Below the pieces are notes generated by a model. It was not told the DNA's origin, did no database searches, and worked only from the letters and a program-made list of their open reading frames with translations. From Vibrio vulnificus CMCP6 (lineage in GTDB: Bacteria; Pseudomonadota; Gammaproteobacteria; Enterobacterales; Vibrionaceae): DNA of 32,000 nt. The stretch spans positions 960,001 through 992,000 of the forward strand of contig NC_004460.2 in NCBI RefSeq assembly GCF_000039765.1. Direction: 5' to 3'. The position numbers were made by a program, and so were the translations under genes. This document shows positions 10,411 to 19,558 of this stretch, piece after piece; the stretch's first letter is position 1; each line of letters begins with the position of its first letter.

Positions 10411-10794
10411 TTACTCGTCATCCTCCTCCAGTTGTTTTAGCTCTTTTTCGATATTCTCTTCTTCCATTTCAAGCTTTTCGCGCTGATCTTTTAACGCTTG
10501 CTTTTTCTCTTTGAGCGCTTGTTTACGCGCTTCTTTCTCCTGCTTATTCATCTCCTTCATCGCTTTTTGTTCTTCTTTTTTGCCTTTTTCTTTGGCGGCT
10601 TTTTTCTGCTCTTTTTCCAGTTTTTTCAAACACTCTTTGTCTTTCTTGTCACAGTGTTTTTGCATCATTTCTTCGGTATGTTGCTCCACCGCTTCCTTGC
10701 TGGGTTTGCCTTCCCCTGCCCAGTTCGGTTTTTCAGCCAACGCCAGTGGTGAAGTTGCCAGCCCGATAACCAGAGTGATCAATAACGCTTTCAT
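10411..10794 (-). CDS. Exported Lys/Glu-rich, coiled-coil-like protein of unknown function
   Basis: Start placed at MKALLITLVIGLATSPLALA (signal peptide). The mature part is a highly charged K/E repeat-rich helix. Confidence 0.65.
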   Translation of the reverse strand: MKALLITLVIGLATSPLALAEKPNWAGEGKPSKEAVEQHTEEMMQKHCDKKDKECLKKLEKEQKKAAKEKGKKEEQKAMKEMNKQEKEARKQALKEKKQALKDQREKLEMEEENIEKELKQLEEDDE

Positions 10795-10897
10795 AGTGAG
10801 TACTTCCTTTGTGGATACATTGATGAAAGCGTAGAAGAGGCCAAGTAGAAATGACAGGTTCAAGATTGAAATCTGTGGCACAAACTCACAGCCAAAC

Positions 10898-10933
10898 AAA
10901 AACCCCGTGGTCATGCGATACCACGGGGTTTTT
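10898..10933 (-). terminator. Rho-independent terminator, potentially bidirectional, downstream of the peptidase gene
   Basis: AAAAACCCCGTGG-N10-CCACGGGGTTTTT. Confidence 0.85.
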
Positions 10934-10962
10934 ATTTAATGCCTTATTAAACAGTTAAACGT

Positions 10963-12087
10963 TTAAGCTGCCAGCTTTTCAAGCACACGCATCAGCATAC
11001 GGATACGAGGTTCGATCGAGGCCAGCACTAGATACTCTTGATCGCTGTGGAAACCCGCGCCGATTGGGCCCAAACCATCAAGGGTAGGCACACCTAAAAT
11101 CGCCGTGTTGTTCGCATCAGAGCCACCACCCACCGCGTGCCAATTCAGATCAATCGACAGCTCTTGCGCTGCGCTTTCCACCAACTTCATCAGGCCTTCG
11201 GTCTGCTCGCTTGGCACCATAGACGGTTTGTACGCCTCACGTTCGATGGTCACACTTACGCCGTCCACAAATGGCGTTTGCGCCATGGCGTTGAGTTGGG
11301 TGTCTACGTCATCGTATTCTGCGTTGTTCCAGAAACGCACGTCCACCACCGCTTGCGCATGTTCCGGCACAATGTTGGCACCCGCACCACCAGACACCAC
11401 ACCCACGTTTAAGGTGGTGCCCGATTCAAAGTTGGTCATCGCATTGATTGCCATGATCCACTGCGCCATTTCGGTGATCGCGCTGCGGCCTTTTTCAGGA
11501 TCGTTACCCGCGTGCGCCGCAATGCCTTTGAAGTTGATCTTGTAACCTGCCATGCCTTTACGCGCTTTCACTAAGCCGCCATCGGCACGAGCGGCTTCGG
11601 CCACCAGCACGTTTTTGGCCAGTTTGGCGACCGATTGAATCCATTCAACCGAATCGCCAGAGCCTGTTTCTTCGTCTGGATTCATGCAGATGCAGATAGA
11701 AAGCTTGTCCAGCACTGCTTGGTCCAAATTGCGCATCGCGTATACGATGTTGAGCAAGCCAGATTTCATGTCTGACACGCCTGGGCCGTACGCTTTCTCA
11801 GCGTCTAGCGACATCGGGCGCGCTGCTGCCGTACCGACAGGGAACACGGTATCCATGTGACCAATCATCATCACATCGATGTGCGCAGCATCCGGTTGGT
11901 TGCTAATTTCAAGACCCACACCCGCTTTACCGCAATCGACACGCTTGACCTGCCAGCCGTTCATCGCTTGAAACTTTTGCTCAAACTGGCTGGCAATATA
12001 TTCGATGCCTTCTAGCGTGTAGGTACCGCAATCAACGTTGATCAGCGGCTTTAGTTCTTCCAGATAATGCTCGAGAGAAAATTGCAT
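10963..12087 (-). CDS. M20-family metallopeptidase (carboxypeptidase G2-like)
   Basis: 374 aa; GHMDTVFPVG, GVSDMKSG, NPDEETGS, GGGSDANNTA. Confidence 0.9.
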   Translation of the reverse strand: MQFSLEHYLEELKPLINVDCGTYTLEGIEYIASQFEQKFQAMNGWQVKRVDCGKAGVGLEISNQPDAAHIDVMMIGHMDTVFPVGTAAARPMSLDAEKAYGPGVSDMKSGLLNIVYAMRNLDQAVLDKLSICICMNPDEETGSGDSVEWIQSVAKLAKNVLVAEAARADGGLVKARKGMAGYKINFKGIAAHAGNDPEKGRSAITEMAQWIMAINAMTNFESGTTLNVGVVSGGAGANIVPEHAQAVVDVRFWNNAEYDDVDTQLNAMAQTPFVDGVSVTIEREAYKPSMVPSEQTEGLMKLVESAAQELSIDLNWHAVGGGSDANNTAILGVPTLDGLGPIGAGFHSDQEYLVLASIEPRIRMLMRVLEKLAA

Positions 12088-12099
12088 ATCTTACTGCTC

Positions 12100-12567
12100 C
12101 TAGACAAACAGGTTCATCACCAGCATGGCGCCAAAGGCGTTCAATACTGAAATTGCGATCATCACTGGAATGTAGCGGCCTTCGGTGCCGATAGGACCCA
12201 AGATACGGCCAACATACTGCACTTGTGAGCCCATTAGGTAGATCGCTGGTGCCAAAATCGCAATGTGAGTGCCGTTAAGGATGCCTTGGTCAAACAAGCT
12301 GATCACCACACCCACTGCACCACCCATCGACATCCACGCGCCGATCAATACTGCTGCGGCTTCACCCGGCAAACCAAACACCGCCATCACAGGTGAAAAT
12401 ACGCTGCCCATCAAATCAAGTGTGCCCGTGATTTGCAGTGCTTTGATGATCACAAACGCCATCAGAACGTTAGGAACGGTCGAGGTGGTGGCAATAACCC
12501 AGCCTTTTTTCGCGCCTTCAACAAAAATGTCGGTCACAATCGGCTTCTTTGCTTTTACTTCACTCAT
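12100..12567 (-). CDS. YjiG-like nucleoside-recognition-domain inner membrane protein
   Basis: 155 aa; MAFVIIKALQITGTLDLMGSVFSPVMAVFGLPGEAAAVLIGAWMSMGGAVGV. Confidence 0.8.
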   Translation of the reverse strand: MSEVKAKKPIVTDIFVEGAKKGWVIATTSTVPNVLMAFVIIKALQITGTLDLMGSVFSPVMAVFGLPGEAAAVLIGAWMSMGGAVGVVISLFDQGILNGTHIAILAPAIYLMGSQVQYVGRILGPIGTEGRYIPVMIAISVLNAFGAMLVMNLFV

Positions 12568-13313
12568 TTTGCTGCCTCTTCTTTTAGCGTTTGTGGTTTG
12601 TCTTGATCCGCGTTGTCTTGTTTGTCTTCTTTACCTTCCGTTAGGTTTAGGTAGATGCGGAACAAGTTCGCGCCGACGATTTTGAAGACGAACATCACGG
12701 CAACTGCGAGGCCGATAGACGACGTTACCGCTGGTGAACCATCCGCCATGGTGAGGGTGAAAAGCACCGCGCCAGAAGAGAAGAAGTTAACGATGGTAGC
12801 ACCGGCAGTGAACTGGAACATGGTGAACACGTCCGTTTCGCGCTTGGTCAGGTGGCCTTCGTCTTTCAATTGACGCGTCATCGCCGCACCCGCATCGGTA
12901 CTTTGCAGCGAGGCAATCAATGCAAGACCCGTGTTACCTGGGATGTTCATCAGTGGGCGTAGTAGTGGCGTCAGCAACTTGCGTGCTGCATCCAATGCGC
13001 CGTAGTGCTCAAGCACGTTGATCATCCCCAAAGCGAACATCACCGTTGGAATTAAGGTCAATGCGAAGATGAAACCATCACGCGCACCGCTACCGCCCGT
13101 ACCACGGAAAGAGGTGGTCATGGCTTGTACGCCATCGGCCGTTTCGTTCACGCCGTACGCTACTTTACCGAACGCACCGTTTAGCGTCGTAAAGTCAAAA
13201 ACGCCATACCACTGATTCGATTGCAGTAGGCCCGAGAAGAACACAACGGCAAACGCGAGAGCAATGTAGCTCCCAATCGTTACCTTGCGTTCTGTTTGAA
13301 CAGGAGTTGTCAT
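12564..13313 (-). CDS. YjiH-like nucleoside-recognition-domain inner membrane protein
   Basis: 249 aa; LTPLLRPLMNIPGNTGLALIASLQSTDAGAAMTRQLKDEGHLTKRETDVFTMFQF. Its stop overlaps the start of the YjiG-like gene. Confidence 0.8.
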   Translation of the reverse strand: MTTPVQTERKVTIGSYIALAFAVVFFSGLLQSNQWYGVFDFTTLNGAFGKVAYGVNETADGVQAMTTSFRGTGGSGARDGFIFALTLIPTVMFALGMINVLEHYGALDAARKLLTPLLRPLMNIPGNTGLALIASLQSTDAGAAMTRQLKDEGHLTKRETDVFTMFQFTAGATIVNFFSSGAVLFTLTMADGSPAVTSSIGLAVAVMFVFKIVGANLFRIYLNLTEGKEDKQDNADQDKPQTLKEEAAK

Positions 13314-13722
13314 AAATTCACCTATGGTTGTGGAACTGAACGCATAGGATCTTGAACGTAGAAGATGGGTTACATACTGATCAGGGTCAACCCCCGCGCC
13401 AAACGATTAAATAAGCCACTATTGAAATATTATTTTTTGATAACCATCACAATTAACATATTATATTAATTAATAACACAAATTAGGTTTTTTTAATCCA
13501 TTCACAACCAAGCAAATTGGAAACCAAATCCCTCACATTTCATAACAGTGTGCTAGCAATTTTTATGGCTCTTTTGCGGCAAACGTCGCTTTTCTTTCGC
13601 GAGATAAAAGAGATTTGCGGCGATCATCGAACTTTCACCGTTTAAACGACCCTTTTGCCATTGCTCAAACGCCGTCTTTCTCTCCTATACTCAAACGGAA
13701 TTTATCCATCAAGGAGATAAAC

Positions 13723-14112
13723 ATGTACGGATTTAGCACTCAGTTTGCTGGCAGCTATGAACAAGCGATCGAAAAAGTAACGCAAGAACTCGCCAAAGAA
13801 GGCTTTGGTATTTTGACCGAAATTGACGTCAAAGCGACCTTAAAGAAAAAGATCGATGTGGATAGAAAACCTTATGTGATTCTCGGCGCTTGCAACCCTC
13901 ACTTGGCCAATCAAGCCATCACCGCCGAGCCAGACATTGGCTTATTGCTGCCGTGCAATGTGGTGGTGCGAGTGGAAGAAGATGACAGCGTGACGGTGGC
14001 GTTTATGGATCCGTCTGCGGTGCTCAGCATGGTGGATCAGCCCGGTATCGAAGGGCTAGCAGGGCAAGTGAAAGAGAAACTGATGCGCGTTTGCGATGGG
14101 CTAAAACAGTGA
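13723..14112 (+). CDS. DUF302-domain protein
   Basis: MYGFSTQFAGSYEQAIEKVTQELAKEGFGILTEIDVKATLKKKIDVDRKPYVILGACNP...LLLPCNVVV. AAGGAG Shine-Dalgarno upstream of ATG 13723, so the longer ORF start is not needed. Confidence 0.88.
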   Translation: MYGFSTQFAGSYEQAIEKVTQELAKEGFGILTEIDVKATLKKKIDVDRKPYVILGACNPHLANQAITAEPDIGLLLPCNVVVRVEEDDSVTVAFMDPSAVLSMVDQPGIEGLAGQVKEKLMRVCDGLKQ

Positions 14113-14163
14113 TTCGACACTCACGCCTCTAACTCTGTATTGCTCAACCAGCACATCTCGCTT

Positions 14164-14195
14164 AATGTTCGCCACCACTCTGGGTGGCGAACATT
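14164..14195. terminator. Long perfect hairpin between the convergent DUF302 and amylase genes
   Basis: AATGTTCGCCACC-ACTCTG-GGTGGCGAACATT, 13-bp perfect stem, no clear T-tract. Confidence 0.5.
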
Positions 14196-14217
14196 GAGGA
14201 CAAGGTACTTCTCGTCG

Positions 14218-16281
14218 CTATTGCACGGCGTGACCAACAAACGCCACAACCACTTTGTCATCCCCTAAGGTGCGGGAGAAAACGTACGCGCCAGTTTGTT
14301 CAATCTCCTGATGCACACCAGCGCCAATCGCGGGATGCGCCCGGCGGAACTGGCCCAGTTTCTGCCAATGATTGAGCAATGTTTGTTGCTCTGCGCTCAA
14401 TTGCCATACCATGTCCGAGCGAGTGCCTTGATGGAAATCATCCGCGTATGGGCCAATATTGCGCCCTACTTCATCACCATAGTAAATCTGCACCGCACCA
14501 GGGCTGAGCAGCAATGCGTTCGCGGCGTTGCGCTGCACGGCATAGTCTTTAAATCGGCTAAAGAACAGCTCAGTATCGTGCGAGGACATGTAGCTCACTG
14601 GATTAAAATCACTCTGCTGCGCGATGGTGTTGGCGTAATCGCGATAGGTATCGGCCATTTGGCTAAAACAGGCTGCGCCTTTATCGAGTTTCTTCTGCAT
14701 ATCGAAGTTGATCAGCGCATCAAAACCGTCGTCAAAATAAGGGCTGCGGTAGGCTGAGTGGCCCCACACTTCCCCCATCATCCAAAATGGCGCACCCGAT
14801 TGGCCATTGGCTTTGCGCCACGCATCGAGGCTTTTCGTCGCTTCTTGTTTCAGGCGCTTCCACACTTCGCCTTCAACGTGTTTGACCGTATCTACCCGAT
14901 AGCCGTCAATACCAAAGCGTTTCACCCAATCGGTTTGCCACTCAATCAAATAGTCGCTGACGGTGTAGTTGTCACGCGCCACCACGCGCGTACCGGGGTT
15001 CTCTAGCAGCCACTGTGGTGGCGTCACCGCTTGGGTCGACTCGGTGCGAAAATCAGGCAACCCAGCGAGAGACAAAGTAATGTCGCTGCTGCCCGGTTGT
15101 TGGTAACCCGGAAGCCCAGTTCGCACCCAATCTGCCCCCCACCACTGTGACCAGTTTTGGCTTTGATAGTCGATCGCAGAGTGGTAGCTATGCCAGTTTT
15201 CACCCGATGTTGGCTGCCAGTTGGCCCATTTTTCTGGCAAGTTCGCTTCTTTTGTCGTCACTTGCATGCCATCAAATTGCAGATCCGCCAGTGTTGAATA
15301 CCCGGAATGGTTGATCACCGCATCGAGCAGGACTTTGATGCCGCGTTTATGCGCCTCTTCCACCAGAGTTTTCAAATCTTCATCGCGGCCAAAGTTCTCA
15401 TCGATCTTGGTAAAATCACGCGTCCAATAGCCGTGATAGGCATAAAATGGGAAAGAGCCGCTGTCGCCACCACCAACAAAACCGTGCACTTGCTCCACAA
15501 TCGGCGACAACCAAATCGCATCAGTGCCGAGACGTTGAATGTAGTCGAGCTTTTCAATCACCCCTTTAAGATCGCCCCCGTGGAAGGTGCCGATTTCCTC
15601 TTTACCATCCTTCTGACGACCATAACTTTGGTCATTGCTGGTGTCGCCATTGTTAAAGCGATCCACCATCACGAAGTAAATATTGGCGTTGCGGTAATCG
15701 AAAGGGCGCGCTTTTTTGTTTTGTTTAACCGGTTCCAGCAGCACCAAACCGCCAGATTGCGCTGATGGCGTTAAGCTCACTTTGCCTTTTTTCACGCTCA
15801 CCACTTGGCCGCTGTAGGCGTCACGCAGTGAGGTGCCGTCTTTGAAACTGTCGCCCAGTTCAATCGTCACTTCACCGCCTTGGTAAACTTCACAAGTCAC
15901 CTGCGGCAATGGGCGTTTGAATTCGGTTTTAGCGACCTTTTTCGGCTCACGTTTGAATGTCAGCGTGTTGGCGTTCGCGTCTAGTTCAAAGCTGTAGTCA
16001 CCCGTAAAGCGGATTTTAAGCGGAAGTTCGGTCACTTTGCCACAATTCAGCGCAATGGGTTGATTGAACTTAATCACCTGCGCATCTGGCGCTTGGCAAT
16101 CACCTTCCAGCCCAGTGATTTTCAGTTGATAGCTCTCTTTGACCAGCGGCACCACTAATGGCTGCTCGGCACTGAGCGGAAAATCTCGGCTGTTGGTGGT
16201 GGTTGAAATGGTTAAATTCGGCTCGGCAATCGCCGCTGTCGAGCTGAGAAGCAGAGTTAGGGTTATGGCGTTCAGTTTCAT
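14218..16281 (-). CDS. Periplasmic/exported alpha-amylase (GH13, MalS-like)
   Basis: 687 aa; signal peptide; GH13 motifs DAVINHSG, GFDGYRVDTVKHVE (as FGIDGYRVDTVKHVE), MMGEVWG, MSSHD. Confidence 0.9.
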   Translation of the reverse strand: MKLNAITLTLLLSSTAAIAEPNLTISTTTNSRDFPLSAEQPLVVPLVKESYQLKITGLEGDCQAPDAQVIKFNQPIALNCGKVTELPLKIRFTGDYSFELDANANTLTFKREPKKVAKTEFKRPLPQVTCEVYQGGEVTIELGDSFKDGTSLRDAYSGQVVSVKKGKVSLTPSAQSGGLVLLEPVKQNKKARPFDYRNANIYFVMVDRFNNGDTSNDQSYGRQKDGKEEIGTFHGGDLKGVIEKLDYIQRLGTDAIWLSPIVEQVHGFVGGGDSGSFPFYAYHGYWTRDFTKIDENFGRDEDLKTLVEEAHKRGIKVLLDAVINHSGYSTLADLQFDGMQVTTKEANLPEKWANWQPTSGENWHSYHSAIDYQSQNWSQWWGADWVRTGLPGYQQPGSSDITLSLAGLPDFRTESTQAVTPPQWLLENPGTRVVARDNYTVSDYLIEWQTDWVKRFGIDGYRVDTVKHVEGEVWKRLKQEATKSLDAWRKANGQSGAPFWMMGEVWGHSAYRSPYFDDGFDALINFDMQKKLDKGAACFSQMADTYRDYANTIAQQSDFNPVSYMSSHDTELFFSRFKDYAVQRNAANALLLSPGAVQIYYGDEVGRNIGPYADDFHQGTRSDMVWQLSAEQQTLLNHWQKLGQFRRAHPAIGAGVHQEIEQTGAYVFSRTLGDDKVVVAFVGHAVQ

Positions 16282-16487
16282 CGTTCAGTCCGTTGTTCAC
16301 GCCTTCTCCTCTCAAGTCACCATCGATCCTCAGAACAATAGATGCTTAAAGCAATGGAGACTAAAAAGGTAGACGTTTGATCGTTTTTATCACGCTCAGA
16401 ATAAAACGACGGAATAACAAACACATCCTTCTCACCCCCTACGCCCTAAAACTTTGCCGAGGTCACAAATTCGCCGCTAGGGGCGTA

Positions 16488-16515
16488 GAAAAACGCCTGC
16501 AACCAGTGCAGGCGT
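16488..16515 (-). terminator. Rho-independent terminator for kdgK-eda
   Basis: ACGCCTGC-N7-GCAGGCGT with TTTTTC following on the minus strand. Confidence 0.75.
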
Positions 16516-16528
16516 GGCAAAGAAGAGC

Positions 16529-16572
16529 CAAATATCTTCGATTTCTAAAGCAAATATCTTCGATTTCTGAAG
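16529..16572. repeat. 22-bp tandem duplication, 2 copies, one mismatch
   Basis: CAAATATCTTCGATTTCTAAAG directly followed by CAAATATCTTCGATTTCTGAAG. Confidence 0.9.
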
Positions 16573-16600
16573 ACAGTGAAGGGAGCCAAATCAGGGGGAA

Positions 16601-17224
16601 TTAAGCGATAATGCCCGCAACTTCGCGTACTAGCTTCGCTAGATCGTCCCATTGCTCGTTATCAATCAAATCACCCGGAACCATCCAAGTGCCACCACAC
16701 GCCAACACAGCAGGGATAGCAAGATAATCTTTGACGTTGCTTGGGCTAACGCCGCCCGTAGGCATAAATTTCACTGGGTAAACCGCCGTTAGCGCTTTCA
16801 GCATGTTCACGCCACCCGAAGGCTCTGCAGGGAAGAACTTCAGGGTACGTAGACCCATTTCCATCGCTTGTTCAACCAAACTTGGGTTGTTCACTCCCGG
16901 AACAATGGTCACATTGCGCTGTTGGCAATATTTCACTGTGGTTGGGTTGAAACCTGGGCTGACGATGAAATCCACACCGGCCTCAATCGCTTCATCCACT
17001 TGCGCAGAAGTCAGTACCGTACCTGCGCCAATCAGCATTTCTGGGTACGCTTCGCGCATGTTTTTGATTGCCAAAGCCGCATCTGCAGTACGGAACGTCA
17101 CTTCAGCACAAGGCAAGCCATTTTCAATCAGCACTTGCGCCAATTTTACCGCTTTGTTGGCATCTTTGATGGCGATAACCGGAACCACTTTGATTTCAGC
17201 AAGCTGTTGATTTAAATCTTTCAT
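16601..17224 (-). CDS. eda: 2-dehydro-3-deoxyphosphogluconate (KDPG) aldolase
   Basis: VVPVIAIKDANKAVKLAQVLIENGLPCAEVTFRTADAALAI...GAGTVL...FVSPGFNP...KFFPAEPSGG. Confidence 0.93.
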   Translation of the reverse strand: MKDLNQQLAEIKVVPVIAIKDANKAVKLAQVLIENGLPCAEVTFRTADAALAIKNMREAYPEMLIGAGTVLTSAQVDEAIEAGVDFIVSPGFNPTTVKYCQQRNVTIVPGVNNPSLVEQAMEMGLRTLKFFPAEPSGGVNMLKALTAVYPVKFMPTGGVSPSNVKDYLAIPAVLACGGTWMVPGDLIDNEQWDDLAKLVREVAGIIA

Positions 17225-17236
17225 TTGTTTGAATCC

Positions 17237-18166
17237 TTAAATAGTTGGCATCGCTTCGCGAGGAATAATTGCGCCACGATGTTGAATAACATGACCTGCA
17301 ACAGTGTGACCAGCAAAAGCAGCTTGCTGACAATCACCACCCAAAATACGCTTTGCAAGATAGCCAGCACTGAATGAATCTCCCGCGGCGGTGGTGTCGA
17401 CAACATGGTCAATTTTGAGTGGCGCAACCGCATGACGGCCCGCTTCTGTAACGACAAAACACTCATCCCCACCACGTTTGATGACGATTTCACTCACACC
17501 AAACCCCTTGGTGCGCTCAATCGCTTGATCTTCATGGGTATCGCCCCACAACAGCATCTCATCATCAAAGGTGAGAAATGCCATATCGGTGACTTGCAGA
17601 ATTTGCTGGTAGAACGCTTGTGCGTCCGCCACGTTGCTCCACAGCGCAGGGCGGAAGTTATTATCAAACGCGATTTTCACCCCATCACTGCGGCAAAGCG
17701 CGAGCAGTTTGATCAGCGCTTCACGGCAATCTTGCGACAGTATCGCCAAGCTGATACCACTGAGGTAAATCATTTGATGCTGACACAGCTCTTTCGCCAG
17801 CGTCAGGATGGCACGGTCACGCAGCCAGTATTTCGCCGCCGAATCGTTGCGCCAGTAGAAGAAGCTACGCTCACCATTGTCTGCCGTTTCGATGGCATAA
17901 ATGCCTGGCAATTTGTCTTGAGAAAGGTACACCATGTCCGTGTTAATACCTTCGTCTTGCCATGCGGCAAGCATTTCTCGGCTAAATGGATCCTGTCCTA
18001 ATCCCGTAACATAAGAGGTTGAAACACCGGATTGCTGGGTCAAACGGGAAAGGTAAACTGCGGTGTTGAGTGTATCCCCACCAAAACCTTGTTGTAGCTC
18101 GCCGTTGACCTTTTTCAGTTCAACCATGCATTCGCCAATAATGGCAACGCGATTGATGTGATTCAT
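17237..18166 (-). CDS. kdgK: 2-dehydro-3-deoxygluconokinase (PfkB family)
   Basis: VAIIGECMVELKK...GGDTLNTAVYLSRL...IKRGGDECFVV...VDTTAAGDSFSAGYLA. Start set at ATG 18166 with AAGGAGA upstream. Confidence 0.92.
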   Translation of the reverse strand: MNHINRVAIIGECMVELKKVNGELQQGFGGDTLNTAVYLSRLTQQSGVSTSYVTGLGQDPFSREMLAAWQDEGINTDMVYLSQDKLPGIYAIETADNGERSFFYWRNDSAAKYWLRDRAILTLAKELCQHQMIYLSGISLAILSQDCREALIKLLALCRSDGVKIAFDNNFRPALWSNVADAQAFYQQILQVTDMAFLTFDDEMLLWGDTHEDQAIERTKGFGVSEIVIKRGGDECFVVTEAGRHAVAPLKIDHVVDTTAAGDSFSAGYLAKRILGGDCQQAAFAGHTVAGHVIQHRGAIIPREAMPTI

Positions 18167-18382
18167 AGGATGTCTCCTTAACGTAATTGCTGCTATTATT
18201 ACAGCAACAAAACCATGAGACAATATTTTTAAAACAATGGTTCAATTATTCGTGAGCAAGATCCAACTCTGCAGTTTTGGCAGGTTCGAGTTCTACCGCT
18301 CTCTGATAGCATCACGCCACTGACCTTATTCACCACACTCGCCACAATGCTGGCAGTAGACGAGCCTTTAGCACTTCATATC

Positions 18383-19261
18383 ATGAACAACCCAACCGTT
18401 TCTCGCGCCATCTTTCTACTGGTGACGGCCAATTTGCTTGCTTCCCTCTCGGATGTGTCACTCAAAATACTCAATGGCGAAGTGCCGACGTTTCAATATG
18501 TGTTTATTCGCCAGTCGATCAGCCTAGTGCTGCTATTGCCTTTCTGGCTTCGTCTGGAGAAATCGCAGTGGGAAAAGGGCTGCGACTGGATCACCTTTTG
18601 GCGCGCGCAACTGATCTTGCTCGGCAGCGCGTGCGCGATGATAGCGATCACCCATTTGCCACTGGCGACCGCCAATGCCATGTTCTACGTTGGCCCACTG
18701 CTGGTATTGCCTCTGGCTTTTGTCTTTTTGGGGGAACGCCCTGCCGCAGGAAAAATTGTTGCAACGTTATTGGGCTTTGTTGGTGTGCTGATTGTGCTGC
18801 GCCCAGAGCAGTTTCATTGGGCAGCGATTGTGGCATTGGGCAGCGCGTTATCCATGGGCGTGGGTAATATTCTGATCCGCAAAGTACCTGCCGATCAGTC
18901 GCTGATTTCCACGCTTTTTTGGACGACCTTAATGACGCTGCCCTTTGCTTTTGCCCTCGCCTACTGGCAATGGAGCGCGATTCGCTTCGAGCATATTTTA
19001 TGGATTGTGGCGATCAATCTGTTTGTACTCGCCTACCACGCTTTGGTGGTGAAGGCATTTCAGCAAGCTCCGGCAAGCCAGATCGCTCTGGCCGAATATT
19101 CTGGCTTAGCGTTTGTCACCTTCTTTGGGGTGATTTGGTTTGATGAAGTGCCAGACAGTTACACCGTTTTAGGCATTCTACTGATCATTGTGCCTATGAT
19201 GCCCATCCGCTGGAAACATTGGCTTAAGGGCAAAAGACGCACAGCGGTGAGTAAGGGTTAA
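18383..19261 (+). CDS. EamA/DMT-superfamily transporter
   Basis: ~10 TM helices; TNLLASLSDVSLKILNG...PLLVLPLAFVFLGERPAAGKIVATLLGFVGVLIVLRP. Confidence 0.88.
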   Translation: MNNPTVSRAIFLLVTANLLASLSDVSLKILNGEVPTFQYVFIRQSISLVLLLPFWLRLEKSQWEKGCDWITFWRAQLILLGSACAMIAITHLPLATANAMFYVGPLLVLPLAFVFLGERPAAGKIVATLLGFVGVLIVLRPEQFHWAAIVALGSALSMGVGNILIRKVPADQSLISTLFWTTLMTLPFAFALAYWQWSAIRFEHILWIVAINLFVLAYHALVVKAFQQAPASQIALAEYSGLAFVTFFGVIWFDEVPDSYTVLGILLIIVPMMPIRWKHWLKGKRRTAVSKG

Positions 19262-19280
19262 GTACAGTTCTGTGAGGAGC

Positions 19281-19306
19281 GAGTTAGAGGGAAGGCTCTA
19301 ACTCGT
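19281..19306 (+). terminator. Hairpin terminator-like element after the EamA gene
   Basis: CGAGTTAGAG-GGAAGG-CTCTAACTCG, 10-bp perfect stem, weak T-rich tail. Confidence 0.6.
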
Positions 19307-19558
19307 TGTTGGACATTTTTAATTTGACACCGACGGACTAACTTTCACCCTATTAATAACTTTTAGTATCCAAAAGCACAATCAGGTACTGTTTATCACT
19401 GTTCCTGAGATTCAAAGAAATGGACAAAAACTTCCATCTTCAACCAGTTGTGTTAGATTCATATTATGCACTTTTTCAGCATAACATGCAGATCATCCTT
19501 AGAAATACTTGTCCCCTGAAGTAAATTTCAACTCAAATCGAAACTTATAAATAAATCA

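Noticed and set aside
14218-14375. Possible truncation/frameshift of the MalS-like amylase, because the C-terminus seems short and ORF 14184..14375 overlaps its end.
   Set aside because: The protein already contains the complete GH13 catalytic motifs and ends just before a hairpin. The overlapping ORF does not resemble an amylase C-terminal domain. Truncation cannot be shown without homologues.
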